A stretch of 64,000 nt of DNA. Source: Candidatus Uhrbacteria bacterium. Lineage in GTDB: Bacteria; Patescibacteriota; Patescibacteriia; UBA9934. The notes beneath the pieces were generated by a model. The model did no database searches. It saw nothing but the letters and a program-made list of their open reading frames with translations, and had not been told where the DNA came from. Positions 44,113 through 53,606 of the stretch are shown piece by piece. The position numbers were made by a program, and so were the translations under genes. Every line of letters starts with the position of its first letter. The first letter of the stretch is position 1. The DNA lies in contig CALRHE010000001.1 in the NCBI GenBank assembly GCA_943359345.1, positions 1,995-65,994 of the forward strand, in the 5' to 3' direction.

Positions 44113-46197
44113 TTACCAAGCGGCTAAATATCCACCTCTGTCCCCGACCAAGTTATCACCCACACTACTCAATAAGTCACCCGTGTGCGAATACACACTA
44201 ACTGGCCCAGGCGTAGCTTGCGGAGCCAGGACTATATCAGGTTCACCGCTCACATCAATGTCAGCTACGCTCAGACGTAACTCCACACCGTCAGCCTGAG
44301 GAGTAGCAAAACCACCCCAATAAGCCCCGATCTTATTATAGATGCGCACGGCAGCCTCATCACCCTTGCCACCCACAGTTATAATTTCATCGCGATAGTC
44401 GTCGTCCAGATCAGCCGTATCTACCCTAACTCCGCTAAGTTCACCAGGAAAAGCTATAAAATCAACCACTCGTGTACCGTCGATATTATAAACGGCCACG
44501 CGTGATTCTCCGGTCTCTGAGAAAACTACAATTTCTTTCTCCCAGTCGTTATCAACATCAGCAATAGCCACTGACAGTGGCGCCTTATCTGCAAAGCCAG
44601 TCACCGTAAAACGGCTTTTCTCTTGCCCAGTTTGTGACCACACCACTACATCATTGCTCACACCGGCCCCAACCGCAGTCACCACATCCATTTCAGAGTC
44701 AGCGTCAACATCACCTATGGCAATATTTACACCCTTGTCAGAAGCTTTGTCATATGCAAAAAACTCAGATACAACCGCGCCGTATGGCTTAAATATACGC
44801 ACATGTGGCCCGCCACTTGGACCAGCCCCTGTAATAATTTCTGGCACGTTATCACCATCAAGATCTTCGGCCACCACCCGCACGCCGCCGGTAAAGTTAG
44901 TGGTATAAGCCGTAAACGTAGCGTAGGCGGTACCATCGGCCCGATACACCTCAACCGTCGGCAAGTCTCCGGCTGGCGCCCCCAAGGCTACAAACGAGTA
45001 ATAAGCAGAATCAAGGTAATGCTCATCTGCAATCGGCTGGGTGGACTTTGGCTCAGTGCTCACGGGCTTTGTACTATCATTGTCGGCAATGGCTTCTGCA
45101 AAAGATGGTGCCAGGGCTAGAGCTTGTTCGATATTCAATCTGCCAACGCCGATCGAACCGGCCCCACTTAGAGTGGCTTTAATTGGATCCACTGACAGTT
45201 TCAAAATCGTAAACACTTGGGCTGGTGTTAAGCTTGGATATTCTGATAACAACAAACCAGCGGCACCGGCCACGAGCGGGCTTGAAATCGATGTTCCGTT
45301 CCAAGGTCCACCATAAGCTTCGTCGGTTCTATTGGCCGCATCTTGATAATCCAGTCCTGTAATATCTACGCCGGGAGCGCTTAAGTCAGCGCAAGTCGCA
45401 CCGTAATTAGTGAAGTCAGTTTCTTCGTCAGCCAAACCAGTCGCGGTTACGCCTAAAACCCAATCTTCAATCTCAGAATGGTAACAAGCTGGGTAAACTG
45501 GCTGATCGTCCACGTTGACACTATCATTTCCAAGCGCAGCCACAATCACTACCCCGGCCTCATAAGCACGCAGTACCGATGTACGTAATTGCGAACCAGT
45601 GGCCGTACCTGCAAAACTCATGTTAATAACCCTAGCTCCGTTAGCCACGGCGTAATCAATAGCCTCGGCTGTAGTCTCCTCATCACCCACACCGTTCTCG
45701 TTTAAAACTCTAAGCGGCATCACGTCTACCTCCCACAACAAACCAGCATAACCAATGTCATTGTCAGCCTGAGCACCAATCAGACCGGCAATCAAAGTGC
45801 CATGAGACATGGCCCCGGATTCATCGGTAGCCGGCTCTTCAGGTTCTGGAACAGCATCATCATCAACAAAATCCCAACCCTGCACGTCATCAACAAAGCC
45901 ATTGTCATCGTCGTCTCTACCGTTATTAGCTACCTCTGCATCATTGTTCCACAAATTCTCTAATAGATCCGGATGATCCAGATCAACACCAGTATCCAGC
46001 ACCGCAATGATCAAATCGTCAGCGCCGGTTGTGATGTCCCAAGCAGACTCAGCCCCAATCGGACCAAGGTACCACTGATCCCTAAAAAATACGTCATTAG
46101 GCGTTCTGGCCTGCACCCAGGAAAACGGTAACGATAACAAAATGGAAACCGCCAGTAGCAATTTATGCATACTAGATAAGTATACAGGATTAGTCAT
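44113..46197 (-). CDS. Secreted subtilisin-like serine protease (S8) with C-terminal FG-GAP repeats
   Basis: Signal peptide; catalytic triad motifs AVLDTGVD (Asp), SHGTLIAGLIGA (His), GTSISSPLVAGAAGLL (Ser); C-terminal repeats like DLDGDNVPEIITGAGPSGGPHVRIF. Confidence 0.85.
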   Translation of the reverse strand: MTNPVYLSSMHKLLLAVSILLSLPFSWVQARTPNDVFFRDQWYLGPIGAESAWDITTGADDLIIAVLDTGVDLDHPDLLENLWNNDAEVANNGRDDDDNGFVDDVQGWDFVDDDAVPEPEEPATDESGAMSHGTLIAGLIGAQADNDIGYAGLLWEVDVMPLRVLNENGVGDEETTAEAIDYAVANGARVINMSFAGTATGSQLRTSVLRAYEAGVVIVAALGNDSVNVDDQPVYPACYHSEIEDWVLGVTATGLADEETDFTNYGATCADLSAPGVDITGLDYQDAANRTDEAYGGPWNGTSISSPLVAGAAGLLLSEYPSLTPAQVFTILKLSVDPIKATLSGAGSIGVGRLNIEQALALAPSFAEAIADNDSTKPVSTEPKSTQPIADEHYLDSAYYSFVALGAPAGDLPTVEVYRADGTAYATFTAYTTNFTGGVRVVAEDLDGDNVPEIITGAGPSGGPHVRIFKPYGAVVSEFFAYDKASDKGVNIAIGDVDADSEMDVVTAVGAGVSNDVVVWSQTGQEKSRFTVTGFADKAPLSVAIADVDNDWEKEIVVFSETGESRVAVYNIDGTRVVDFIAFPGELSGVRVDTADLDDDYRDEIITVGGKGDEAAVRIYNKIGAYWGGFATPQADGVELRLSVADIDVSGEPDIVLAPQATPGPVSVYSHTGDLLSSVGDNLVGDRGGYLAAW

Positions 46198-46886
46198 TAC
46201 TCACAGTTCCGTTTCAACGATTCCAGATCATCCTTCAAAGCCTGATTATCAGGCAACAAAACCACCGCTACTTCATAATGGTCAACCGCTTTATCACACT
46301 CGCCCTCGGCTACATACCAGTCACCAAGCCCGGTCATGTTCCAGACTGTTTGACCACGACGAAGTAAATCTTCCTCATAGACCGTCTTTAGATCATCACG
46401 TCGCTCCGGGAAATGATCTAATAAGAAATCAGCATAATCCTCGTAATACTTGGCCACACCTTGACCGACTTCGATGGTTTTAATAAAGGCTGCCTCAGCC
46501 GCCTCCCAGTCCTGCATGTCTTCCAGCACCAAAGCGTAGTTATTCCAAGCTACGTAGTTAATCGAATTAACGGCTAACTGTTTTTCGAGTTGCTCACGGG
46601 CCGTTACCAAATCACCCAAACTATAGGCATCCGAAGCGGCGCTTAAGTACAGGTTTAAATCAATGTCACCTCCGGCGTCTTCCGTGGCTTCAATAGCTGC
46701 CAGCGTAGTGGTCATACGTTGTTCAAAATATTCGCGCGTAGCTTCTTCGAGATCAACCTCAATTGTGGTCACCAAGCCTTTATACGGGTTAACTGGTAGC
46801 CCTGCTAGCCAGAATCCATAACTTGCCATTACTACAATAACCACACCCACCAAACCCTCTATTATCTGCTGTCGAGATAACGTCAT
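46197..46886 (-). CDS. Membrane-anchored TPR-like repeat protein
   Basis: N-terminal TM; helical repeats with AWNNYALVLEDMQDWEAAEAAFIKTIEV and YYEDYADFLLD; ends with Cys pair. Confidence 0.4.
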   Translation of the reverse strand: MTLSRQQIIEGLVGVVIVVMASYGFWLAGLPVNPYKGLVTTIEVDLEEATREYFEQRMTTTLAAIEATEDAGGDIDLNLYLSAASDAYSLGDLVTAREQLEKQLAVNSINYVAWNNYALVLEDMQDWEAAEAAFIKTIEVGQGVAKYYEDYADFLLDHFPERRDDLKTVYEEDLLRRGQTVWNMTGLGDWYVAEGECDKAVDHYEVAVVLLPDNQALKDDLESLKRNCE

Positions 46887-47017
46887 ATGTCACCCAGGGT
46901 AGCCGATGCCAACATTTTTGCCAACAGCCCACCACCTCAAACCCGCCCTTGCGGGCGGGTTTGAGTGTCTAAACACTTCGGTAAAGAAGCAGAGACGCAG
47001 TCTGAAATCCCTCAGGA

Positions 47018-50000
47018 TTAGAAGACGAGCGTACCACCGCTAACCGTGGTGTTGTCGATAAGGTAGGAACCCCAGAAGTCGTCAGCGCTGCCGGTATGAC
47101 CGGTAACACCATCGTCCTTCCATAGGAACGAACCTGGGATGCGGAAGATACCGTCAGTTACTTCGTATTCATCCGAGTCTGCATCAGCGTCAGCAGCTTC
47201 CATGACAGAGCCAAGGTAGCCACGAACCACTGTCAGATCATTGGTTGTTACAAGTGTAACCAACATGTATTCCTCATCGCTGTCAGGACTACCGCTAGTG
47301 CCACCGGTTGCGCTGTCATCAGCGTCATAGCTAAGGACATCGCCGATAGCGTATTCCGTACCATCGTCAACGGTGATAGTGGTGTCTGTGAGAGCCACAT
47401 CGGCTTCATTAGAACCGTTGTCATCGTAGATGAATGTCCCCGTGATTGGGTCTGAAGGAATGTCCAAGCGGATGGAGTCATCCGTAGTTGCACTAGCACC
47501 TGTGCTGTCCAGGTAAATAGCGAAGGTCTTGGTTTCACCCTTAGGAATAATCTCTGTTGTTGGCAAACGTAGTTGAACGAAGCCAACATCAGCTTCTGTG
47601 GAATCACAAATTGCGCCGGTGGCCTTCAATAAGGTCCATGGGCTATCAGTGCCAGCCAACATTTCCGCCAGACTGTCGTTCTGATCTGAGTCAGAATCAA
47701 GGTCGAGCGTGGTAGTTGTACCGTCGTCGGTAAGGTTGTAGATATCGAAGTCCTGTGGCGCCATTTCACCGGCGTCAGCTGCGTTATCACAAGCGTTCCA
47801 ATCGTTGGTACCCACGTTGGCGTTGTCAGTGGCATTAACCTTGAAGGTCATGCGGCTCAAGACTACGTCCTCGTTAGAGGCTGCAGCCACGTTGAAACGC
47901 AGAACTTCTGAACGGCCAACCACTGAGCTGCCAGACGGACTAAGCGCTGACAAGGTAACTGTCGGTTTGGACTCACGAACTACGAAAGTATGAATGCCAT
48001 CCGTGGTAACGATATCGTCACCGAGAGCACCTTGATCGTCGTCGTCTAGAGTTGCACCTGAACCAATACCGACAGCCTTATAGTTGTCATCATTGGTGGT
48101 ATCAACGAACAGACCAAGACGTACCTTTTCACCAGACGTAGCTGAACCGCCAGCATCACGAGCAATGAGAGGTACATCAACGAAGACCTCAACATCAGAC
48201 GGCGTGCCAACGCTCACATGCATATCAAGTGTCGAGAACTTAGCCTCGTTACCTGACATAGACACGCTCTTGGTACCCGTAGTGCCATCAGCCTTAGGGT
48301 ATTCAATCGTGACCATCTCAACGTTGTTAGCGTAGTTGGTCGATTCACTTGAAGCTGCATCGTCCTCAGCCTGCTCTTCCGAGAAGGTCAAGGTTTCAAC
48401 GCTGAAAGCTTCGTTAGTACCGGTGAAGCGGAAGGTACCCACATGGTTGTCATCACTTGAAGACAAGATGAAGTCAGCCGAAGGCGTACCTGAACCAGCC
48501 GTTATGGCCAATGAACCGCTATCAAGCAAGTTAACGGAGTTGGTTGAGTCAGTAGCGCCGTTTGGAACGTCACCAAGCACTGAAGCGGCGGCCAAAGTAT
48601 CACCGTCGTCATCTTCAGCAACAACATCTGCATCCTCATCAGCGATATCGAAGGAGAATAGGGCGCGGCCAGAGGTGCTGGTGTTGGCAAAGTTACACTT
48701 TACCGTCAGCAAACCGGTGTTACCAGCCTCAATTTCCCAAACAATATCAGCAAAACGAATAGTCTGACCGTTGCTGGCAGGACCTTCTGGGCCATCAAGC
48801 AAGGTAGCGCCATCGTAGAGAGAACAAGACTCAATGTAATCATTGATGTCAGAGTTGGCATCGCCACCAATCACGTACGTTTCAGCCACGTCTCCGTCAT
48901 CACTGGCATCATCAACGCCGTAAGCGCTGAGGGTGAGATCAGTGATGGTTACGTCTGAAGCATCGTTCACAGCGGCGTTCATAGCCAAAACCGTAACACC
49001 GTCAGTACCGTCAACCGTGGTTACGTCACCAGGACTGCTGGCAACGGAGAACGTCAAGGTAGCTGAACGTGCGGTCTGGTTGTAACCAGTGATGTCAGAG
49101 CCTGGCACAATATCGGCAGTTGCCAAGGCATCGCCGTTAACGTCCTCAACTGACAAGCCACTAATGTCAAGAATGACAACTGCGGTTTCGCCAGAGGTCA
49201 GACCGTTATCAACGTCAGCGGTAACCATCAAGTTGAGGGTTTCACCAGCGGACATTGAGAAGTCATCAGTGAAGTCAATGATCTGAAGAGCGTCTTCAGC
49301 CGCACCAGTCAAGCTGGTTTCGTCTGCAGCGTCATCAGTCACGGTATCAAGTTCAAGTGGACCCATGACCACAGCGCCGGTATCGGCATTAATGATCTTG
49401 ATGTCCTTGAAGTTGGCTTCCGAGCCAGTGTTGATCAAACCGTCATCATCGGTAGTTGCACCACCACCTTCTTGACCTTCAGTCGCATCCGGGGTGGCGT
49501 CACCATCGTCGTCAGCACCAATCTGGATGTCCAGATCCTTGACGACTATATCCTGAGCGGCTGTAACAGAGAAGCTGAAGAACTCTTGATCCTGGCTATC
49601 GATTTGAACATCGCTAGCTGAAGGACCGTTGAACGCGATTGTCAATTCACCACCCACGATGGTGCTGAACGAACAATTGCTAGATGACGAAGTACATGAA
49701 CCACCAGTAGCACCGTAGGTACCGTTGGTAGCAATGTCAACCGTCATACCGAAACCGAAGTCGGTTCCAATAGATAGCACATCCACTGCGTTCTCGATAC
49801 CGACCTTGATGGTGTCAGCATCCTGACCGCCAATGTCAGCCGAAACCGTAAAGATGTTGTTACCACCTTCCTCGATTTCAAATGGTGAGTCAGACAAGTC
49901 AAAGACCACCAGGTCTCCGCCAATGTCCTCTCCCATAGCAAGTTCAGTGGTGCCGTCCCACAACTTGAAGTTGTCATGATCTGAAGCTTGGTCGATGTTC

Positions 50001-51343
50001 AAGGTAACCATCTCGATAGACGCACCTTCGGTGCCGCTAGCGGTGGCCTTGAACATACCAATCTCAGCATCAACAGCGCCAATGGTTGGATCAGCAATGG
50101 TACCGGTCTTGTCAATTTCAAGCGTACCGGAATCAGAACCCGTCAAGGTAAAGGTGTTACCTTCAATCGGGAACGAACCATCAACATCGCCAGAACCCAC
50201 GACATCCGCCTCGGCTGCGATTTCGAAGCCAAAGGTATCAGCAGCGGTCTGAGAAGTTGAGATCGTTACACGCACGGTGTAGGTGTGTTCGTCGCCAGCA
50301 CCAATCTCGAGACCGAGATTAGAGAAGGTGACATCACGGGTAGAAGCGTTGACGGTGCGAGACTCAGTCAAACGCGTATTGCCCTCGTACAGGTAAACAG
50401 CGCTGATGTTGGTAGTTGCACCAGCACCGGTCATGCCGAGCACCAATGAATCGAGAGTTGCATCTTCTGAACCAGCCTCAACATCGAAGCTGAAAACTTC
50501 TACCGAGTTGGAGCCACCAGTTAAGGAGACGCCAGCTGGCATAGAAGAAGCCTCAGAAATCTCAAGATCGCCGACCACTTCGGTCATGCCATCTTCAGTC
50601 TGAGCATCGTCAACCAGGGCGAGCTCTTCGCCGCTGATCTCAGAACCCATGGTGAGAGCACTGTCATCAATATTGCTGCCATCCAAGACGAAGGTGTCCC
50701 AGATGTTGTTGGCAGTCATACCAGCTGCAGTAACTTCACGCATTTCACCATCCCAAGACAAGTAGGTTGCCCCACCCATCTCGTAAACAGCACCCTCAAA
50801 AGCAGTTGCGCTCATGAGAGAAGTCCCCACGGTGTAATCATCGAAGAATACGTCCGGTACGTCGATAGTGTTAGCGGCCCAGTTTGAACCAGCAAGATCC
50901 GTAGCTACGGTCTCGGTTTCAATCCAGTGCAAATCACCGTCGCGGCCTACAGCGTAGACCTTAGCGTCGGAAGTCACCTTAATGAAGTGCGTACCATTAC
51001 GAACGACAACGTTGCCGCCCAGGGTGTAGCCAGCGAGCTCGGTGTCCGAGATCGTCATGACATCATCAAAGTCTGCGTGCCATGAGAAGAAGGTCTTCTC
51101 GTTCGGAAAAGCGTAACGCAAGCCATCGTAGCCCTTGTAGTAAACCGTGCTCAAGGAAGTACCCTTGATCAAATCACCAGCTGAAACAGCTTGTGCGGCT
51201 ACTGGACTAACGAGAGCGGCGGCGCCAATAGAAAAAGCGATCGTCGCAGCTGCAATTGCGGCTGAGAAGACGCGCTTTCCTGTGTCTAATACGTGTTGCA
51301 TAATTACCTGAATCCTTTTTTTCCTCTTGAAGGGTTTCCCCAC
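47018..51343 (-). CDS. Giant secreted cell-surface protein, 1441 aa, Thr/Asp/Gly/Ser-rich (candidate glycosylated surface-layer/adhesin protein)
   Basis: Signal peptide (FSAAIAAATIAFSIGAAALVSPVAAQA), strongly acidic, very high Thr/Ser/Asp/Gly content and beta-rich repeats; strong SD GAGGAAAAAAAGGA upstream; preceded by a long 5' UTR and an ECF sigma/anti-sigma operon. Confidence 0.8.
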   Translation of the reverse strand: MGKPFKRKKRIQVIMQHVLDTGKRVFSAAIAAATIAFSIGAAALVSPVAAQAVSAGDLIKGTSLSTVYYKGYDGLRYAFPNEKTFFSWHADFDDVMTISDTELAGYTLGGNVVVRNGTHFIKVTSDAKVYAVGRDGDLHWIETETVATDLAGSNWAANTIDVPDVFFDDYTVGTSLMSATAFEGAVYEMGGATYLSWDGEMREVTAAGMTANNIWDTFVLDGSNIDDSALTMGSEISGEELALVDDAQTEDGMTEVVGDLEISEASSMPAGVSLTGGSNSVEVFSFDVEAGSEDATLDSLVLGMTGAGATTNISAVYLYEGNTRLTESRTVNASTRDVTFSNLGLEIGAGDEHTYTVRVTISTSQTAADTFGFEIAAEADVVGSGDVDGSFPIEGNTFTLTGSDSGTLEIDKTGTIADPTIGAVDAEIGMFKATASGTEGASIEMVTLNIDQASDHDNFKLWDGTTELAMGEDIGGDLVVFDLSDSPFEIEEGGNNIFTVSADIGGQDADTIKVGIENAVDVLSIGTDFGFGMTVDIATNGTYGATGGSCTSSSSNCSFSTIVGGELTIAFNGPSASDVQIDSQDQEFFSFSVTAAQDIVVKDLDIQIGADDDGDATPDATEGQEGGGATTDDDGLINTGSEANFKDIKIINADTGAVVMGPLELDTVTDDAADETSLTGAAEDALQIIDFTDDFSMSAGETLNLMVTADVDNGLTSGETAVVILDISGLSVEDVNGDALATADIVPGSDITGYNQTARSATLTFSVASSPGDVTTVDGTDGVTVLAMNAAVNDASDVTITDLTLSAYGVDDASDDGDVAETYVIGGDANSDINDYIESCSLYDGATLLDGPEGPASNGQTIRFADIVWEIEAGNTGLLTVKCNFANTSTSGRALFSFDIADEDADVVAEDDDGDTLAAASVLGDVPNGATDSTNSVNLLDSGSLAITAGSGTPSADFILSSSDDNHVGTFRFTGTNEAFSVETLTFSEEQAEDDAASSESTNYANNVEMVTIEYPKADGTTGTKSVSMSGNEAKFSTLDMHVSVGTPSDVEVFVDVPLIARDAGGSATSGEKVRLGLFVDTTNDDNYKAVGIGSGATLDDDDQGALGDDIVTTDGIHTFVVRESKPTVTLSALSPSGSSVVGRSEVLRFNVAAASNEDVVLSRMTFKVNATDNANVGTNDWNACDNAADAGEMAPQDFDIYNLTDDGTTTTLDLDSDSDQNDSLAEMLAGTDSPWTLLKATGAICDSTEADVGFVQLRLPTTEIIPKGETKTFAIYLDSTGASATTDDSIRLDIPSDPITGTFIYDDNGSNEADVALTDTTITVDDGTEYAIGDVLSYDADDSATGGTSGSPDSDEEYMLVTLVTTNDLTVVRGYLGSVMEAADADADSDEYEVTDGIFRIPGSFLWKDDGVTGHTGSADDFWGSYLIDNTTVSGGTLVF

Positions 51344-51435
51344 TCAAGGGGTAAAGAATAGAGGTGACACCCGACCGTGCGGTCCCGACCTTTTGAAGGT
51401 ATCCACCTGGGGAGATGCGATTGCAATCCCTTTGT

Positions 51436-51473
51436 CCCGCACCTTGCTAACATCGGTGTCAGCAAGGTGCGGG
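51436..51473 (-). promoter_or_regulatory. Perfect 13-bp stem-loop in the 5' UTR of the giant surface-protein gene
   Basis: CCCGCACCTTGCT-(12 nt)-AGCAAGGTGCGGG; not followed by a U-run, so more likely an attenuator/processing/stability element than a simple terminator; GGAAC-containing ECF-like -35 candidates lie just upstream (51455-51480 region on the minus strand). Confidence 0.35.
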
Positions 51474-51482
51474 GTGAAGGTT

Positions 51483-52559
51483 CTACAATATTGGTTCCTG
51501 AACACCAACAGGTGTTTGGATGCGAGCGTTCATGATCATGATTTCGATCTGAGCGAGCTCGGCCTCGATGTCTAAAAGCGAGCTATCAATTGTCTGAAGT
51601 GTTGCAAAGGCGGTCCGAAAGCCTCCAATCGCAAAACTGCTCATAGCCTGTGACAACAGCGAGTCAACAGCTACTATTGGGTACTCATATCCAATCAACT
51701 GCTCGCTAGTCGGTACAGTGAGACCATCGTAAGTAATGCTGGTGTCGGCCAAGGCGGCCCGGACAACCTCAATGCGCTCCAGATCAAAGCGTTGGCGAGC
51801 CTCCACCTGACCTAGCTCTGTCTTAAACATCTCCTTAAGCTCACGTTCACTCAAGGCTGACTGTTGCTCTTCATGCACCTCCATCACGACCGTGGTAGCA
51901 ACTTCGCTGACCTCACTAGTAATTTCCTTAGCTACTAAAACATCTTGGGTGGCTTCAGCTGAGGCGCTGTCGGCTACAACTTGATCAATAGCGGCTCCGA
52001 TATCCTGGAGATTTTGTGATACTGAGCTGGCTGTTGCTAAAGCACTCTCGCCACCCTCATCTTTAAGCTGGCGCAGGTTGTCACCAGCCGAGGCCACTTC
52101 TTGCTTGTAAGCCTCAATGGCGTTACGAACAAGTTCAGCATTCTGAGAATTATCCTCGGCACCCTGGAGATCAGTTGCTTCCTGAAGTCTACGACCAGCG
52201 AATTCCGTGTGCAAAACCGCACGTCGATCAAGCGAAGCTAATTTAAGCTGAGCTTTCTCCGTTAGCATTTTTACAGAGTAAAGTTTTTCGCCCGGTAAGC
52301 TATCGGCTGCACTCACAGTCGTAATCCAACCACCAGCCACAATCACCAAACTAAACGCACCCGCCATAACGGGTTTTGATAAAAATTGCGCCATGTGCCA
52401 TTTCAAATATTCGAAATACATCTCCGAAACACTAGGTGTCGGCGTTTCTTCGATCGCTTCATGTAGGCGAGCACGAATTTTTTGGAACGAAGCCTCACTC
52501 ATAGCCCCGAGTCTGGGCTCGCGCTTTAGAGCTTTCATTTTAGCTTTGAGGCTTTTCAT
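51483..52559 (-). CDS. Putative anti-sigma factor (single-TM, long coiled-coil extracytoplasmic domain; DUF5667-like)
   Basis: Overlaps the ECF sigma gene by 20 nt (translational coupling); cytoplasmic N-terminus, one TM helix (AGAFSLVIVAGGWITTVSA), helical extracytoplasmic region. Confidence 0.5.
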   Translation of the reverse strand: MKSLKAKMKALKREPRLGAMSEASFQKIRARLHEAIEETPTPSVSEMYFEYLKWHMAQFLSKPVMAGAFSLVIVAGGWITTVSAADSLPGEKLYSVKMLTEKAQLKLASLDRRAVLHTEFAGRRLQEATDLQGAEDNSQNAELVRNAIEAYKQEVASAGDNLRQLKDEGGESALATASSVSQNLQDIGAAIDQVVADSASAEATQDVLVAKEITSEVSEVATTVVMEVHEEQQSALSERELKEMFKTELGQVEARQRFDLERIEVVRAALADTSITYDGLTVPTSEQLIGYEYPIVAVDSLLSQAMSSFAIGGFRTAFATLQTIDSSLLDIEAELAQIEIMIMNARIQTPVGVQEPIL

Positions 52560-53079
52560 ACTTTTGCAGCGCCTGACGCGCTCGATGAATGAGAACTCGG
52601 ATATTGTTTGGGGTCTTCTGAGTAACGGCGGCGATTTCCTCTACTGTCATTTGGTCAAAGAACCGGAGCGTTATAACTTCAACTTGATCTGGAGACAACC
52701 TCTTGATATTTGCTCTCAGTTGCTCGATCTCGAGTTTGTTGGCCACGTCCTCACTCAACGACCCGGGTTGAATGGCTGCCGGACTGGTTTCAACTAGTTC
52801 TGTTGTAACCTTACGCTGCCTATAAAAGTCAGCTATCAGGTTGCGAGCAATTTTGAAGTACAAGCCACCAACCTCTTGGACATCGCTCGCCACCATATAC
52901 TCCCAGGCGCGCAGAAGAACCTCACCTGTCAACTCGTCGGCGTCCTCGTCCCTAGGCAACTTGAAGGCCAGGAAACGATATAGCTTAGGACCAAAATAGG
53001 CATACAAATCATCATAAGCCTGCCGATCTCGGAAGCGATAAACGCGAAAGGCTAGAAATTTTATGCGTGTCGGTGACAT
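52540..53079 (-). CDS. ECF-type sigma-70 family RNA polymerase sigma factor
   Basis: Region 2 (DADELTGEVLLRAWEYM, YFKIARNLIADFYRQRK) and region 4 HTH (LSPDQVEVITLRFFDQMTVEEIAAVTQKTPNNIRVLIHRAR). Confidence 0.85.
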   Translation of the reverse strand: MSPTRIKFLAFRVYRFRDRQAYDDLYAYFGPKLYRFLAFKLPRDEDADELTGEVLLRAWEYMVASDVQEVGGLYFKIARNLIADFYRQRKVTTELVETSPAAIQPGSLSEDVANKLEIEQLRANIKRLSPDQVEVITLRFFDQMTVEEIAAVTQKTPNNIRVLIHRARQALQKYEKPQS

Positions 53080-53167
53080 GCATGAGTCAAGAAAAATCTG
53101 TAAATCATTACTTTGACCTGAATTTCAGCCTATCTAACACTTATTTACCTATGAAAGCAACGGGTCG

Positions 53168-53196
53168 TTGACGAAATACTGACGTTTGGCTACACT
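53168..53196 (+). promoter_or_regulatory. Putative sigma-70 promoter for the small HTH gene
   Basis: TTGACG, 17 nt, TACACT; 75 nt upstream of the ATG at 53272, in the divergent region shared with the ECF sigma gene. Confidence 0.35.
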
Positions 53197-53271
53197 AGAG
53201 TAGACAAAAAGTCTTACGCTGTATTTACAGTCATTGTAAAGTCGCACTCCCTAGCCTTTCATTACAAGCTT

Positions 53272-53556
53272 ATGCAAACCCCTGTCCGACTGTCTGTGTC
53301 CGAGGCCGCTAAGCTCTTTGGCGTGAGTCCACGAACCATCCGTCGAGCTCTGGCTGACGGTGATATCACCTACATCGTAGTTCAAGGTCGTTACAAACTA
53401 AATTTTGAATCGCTTCTGAAGTGGTCACAGGAAACTACGACCGTACGCAACAAACTCGCCAAGTCAGGTATCGGACAATTTGTAGATAGATGGAAAATAA
53501 AAAATCGCCTCTACTCCCCTAACCCAGAAGCTCTCAAAAGTAAACCTGACGCTTAA
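53272..53556 (+). CDS. Small helix-turn-helix DNA-binding protein (MerR/excisionase-like HTH)
   Basis: LSVSEAAKLFGVSPRTIRRALADGDI is a classic HTH; 94 aa; divergent from the ECF sigma operon. Confidence 0.5.
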   Translation: MQTPVRLSVSEAAKLFGVSPRTIRRALADGDITYIVVQGRYKLNFESLLKWSQETTTVRNKLAKSGIGQFVDRWKIKNRLYSPNPEALKSKPDA

Positions 53557-53561
53557 CCAAA

Positions 53562-53600
53562 AACAAAAAGACCCAGGGCGTGAGCCCTGGGTCTTTTTGT
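53562..53600. terminator. Bidirectional rho-independent terminator between the HTH gene (+) and a GT4 gene (-)
   Basis: AAAAAGACCCAGGGC-GTGA-GCCCTGGGTCTTTTTG: perfect 15-bp arms including A/T runs. Confidence 0.85.
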
Positions 53601-53606
53601 AATTAC

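Noticed and set aside
46900-46960. Hairpin CAAACCCGCCCTTGCGGGCGGGTTTGAG downstream of the TPR gene, as a classical terminator for the giant gene
   Set aside because: GC-rich stem is clear but there is no adjacent U-run on the minus strand, and it lies upstream (not downstream) of the giant gene's stop; possibly a weak bidirectional element only.
47248-50603. Multiple short ORFs on both strands within the giant surface-protein gene
   Set aside because: Nested in a continuous 4.3-kb frame with signal peptide and strong SD; the compositional bias of the gene creates spurious alternative frames.
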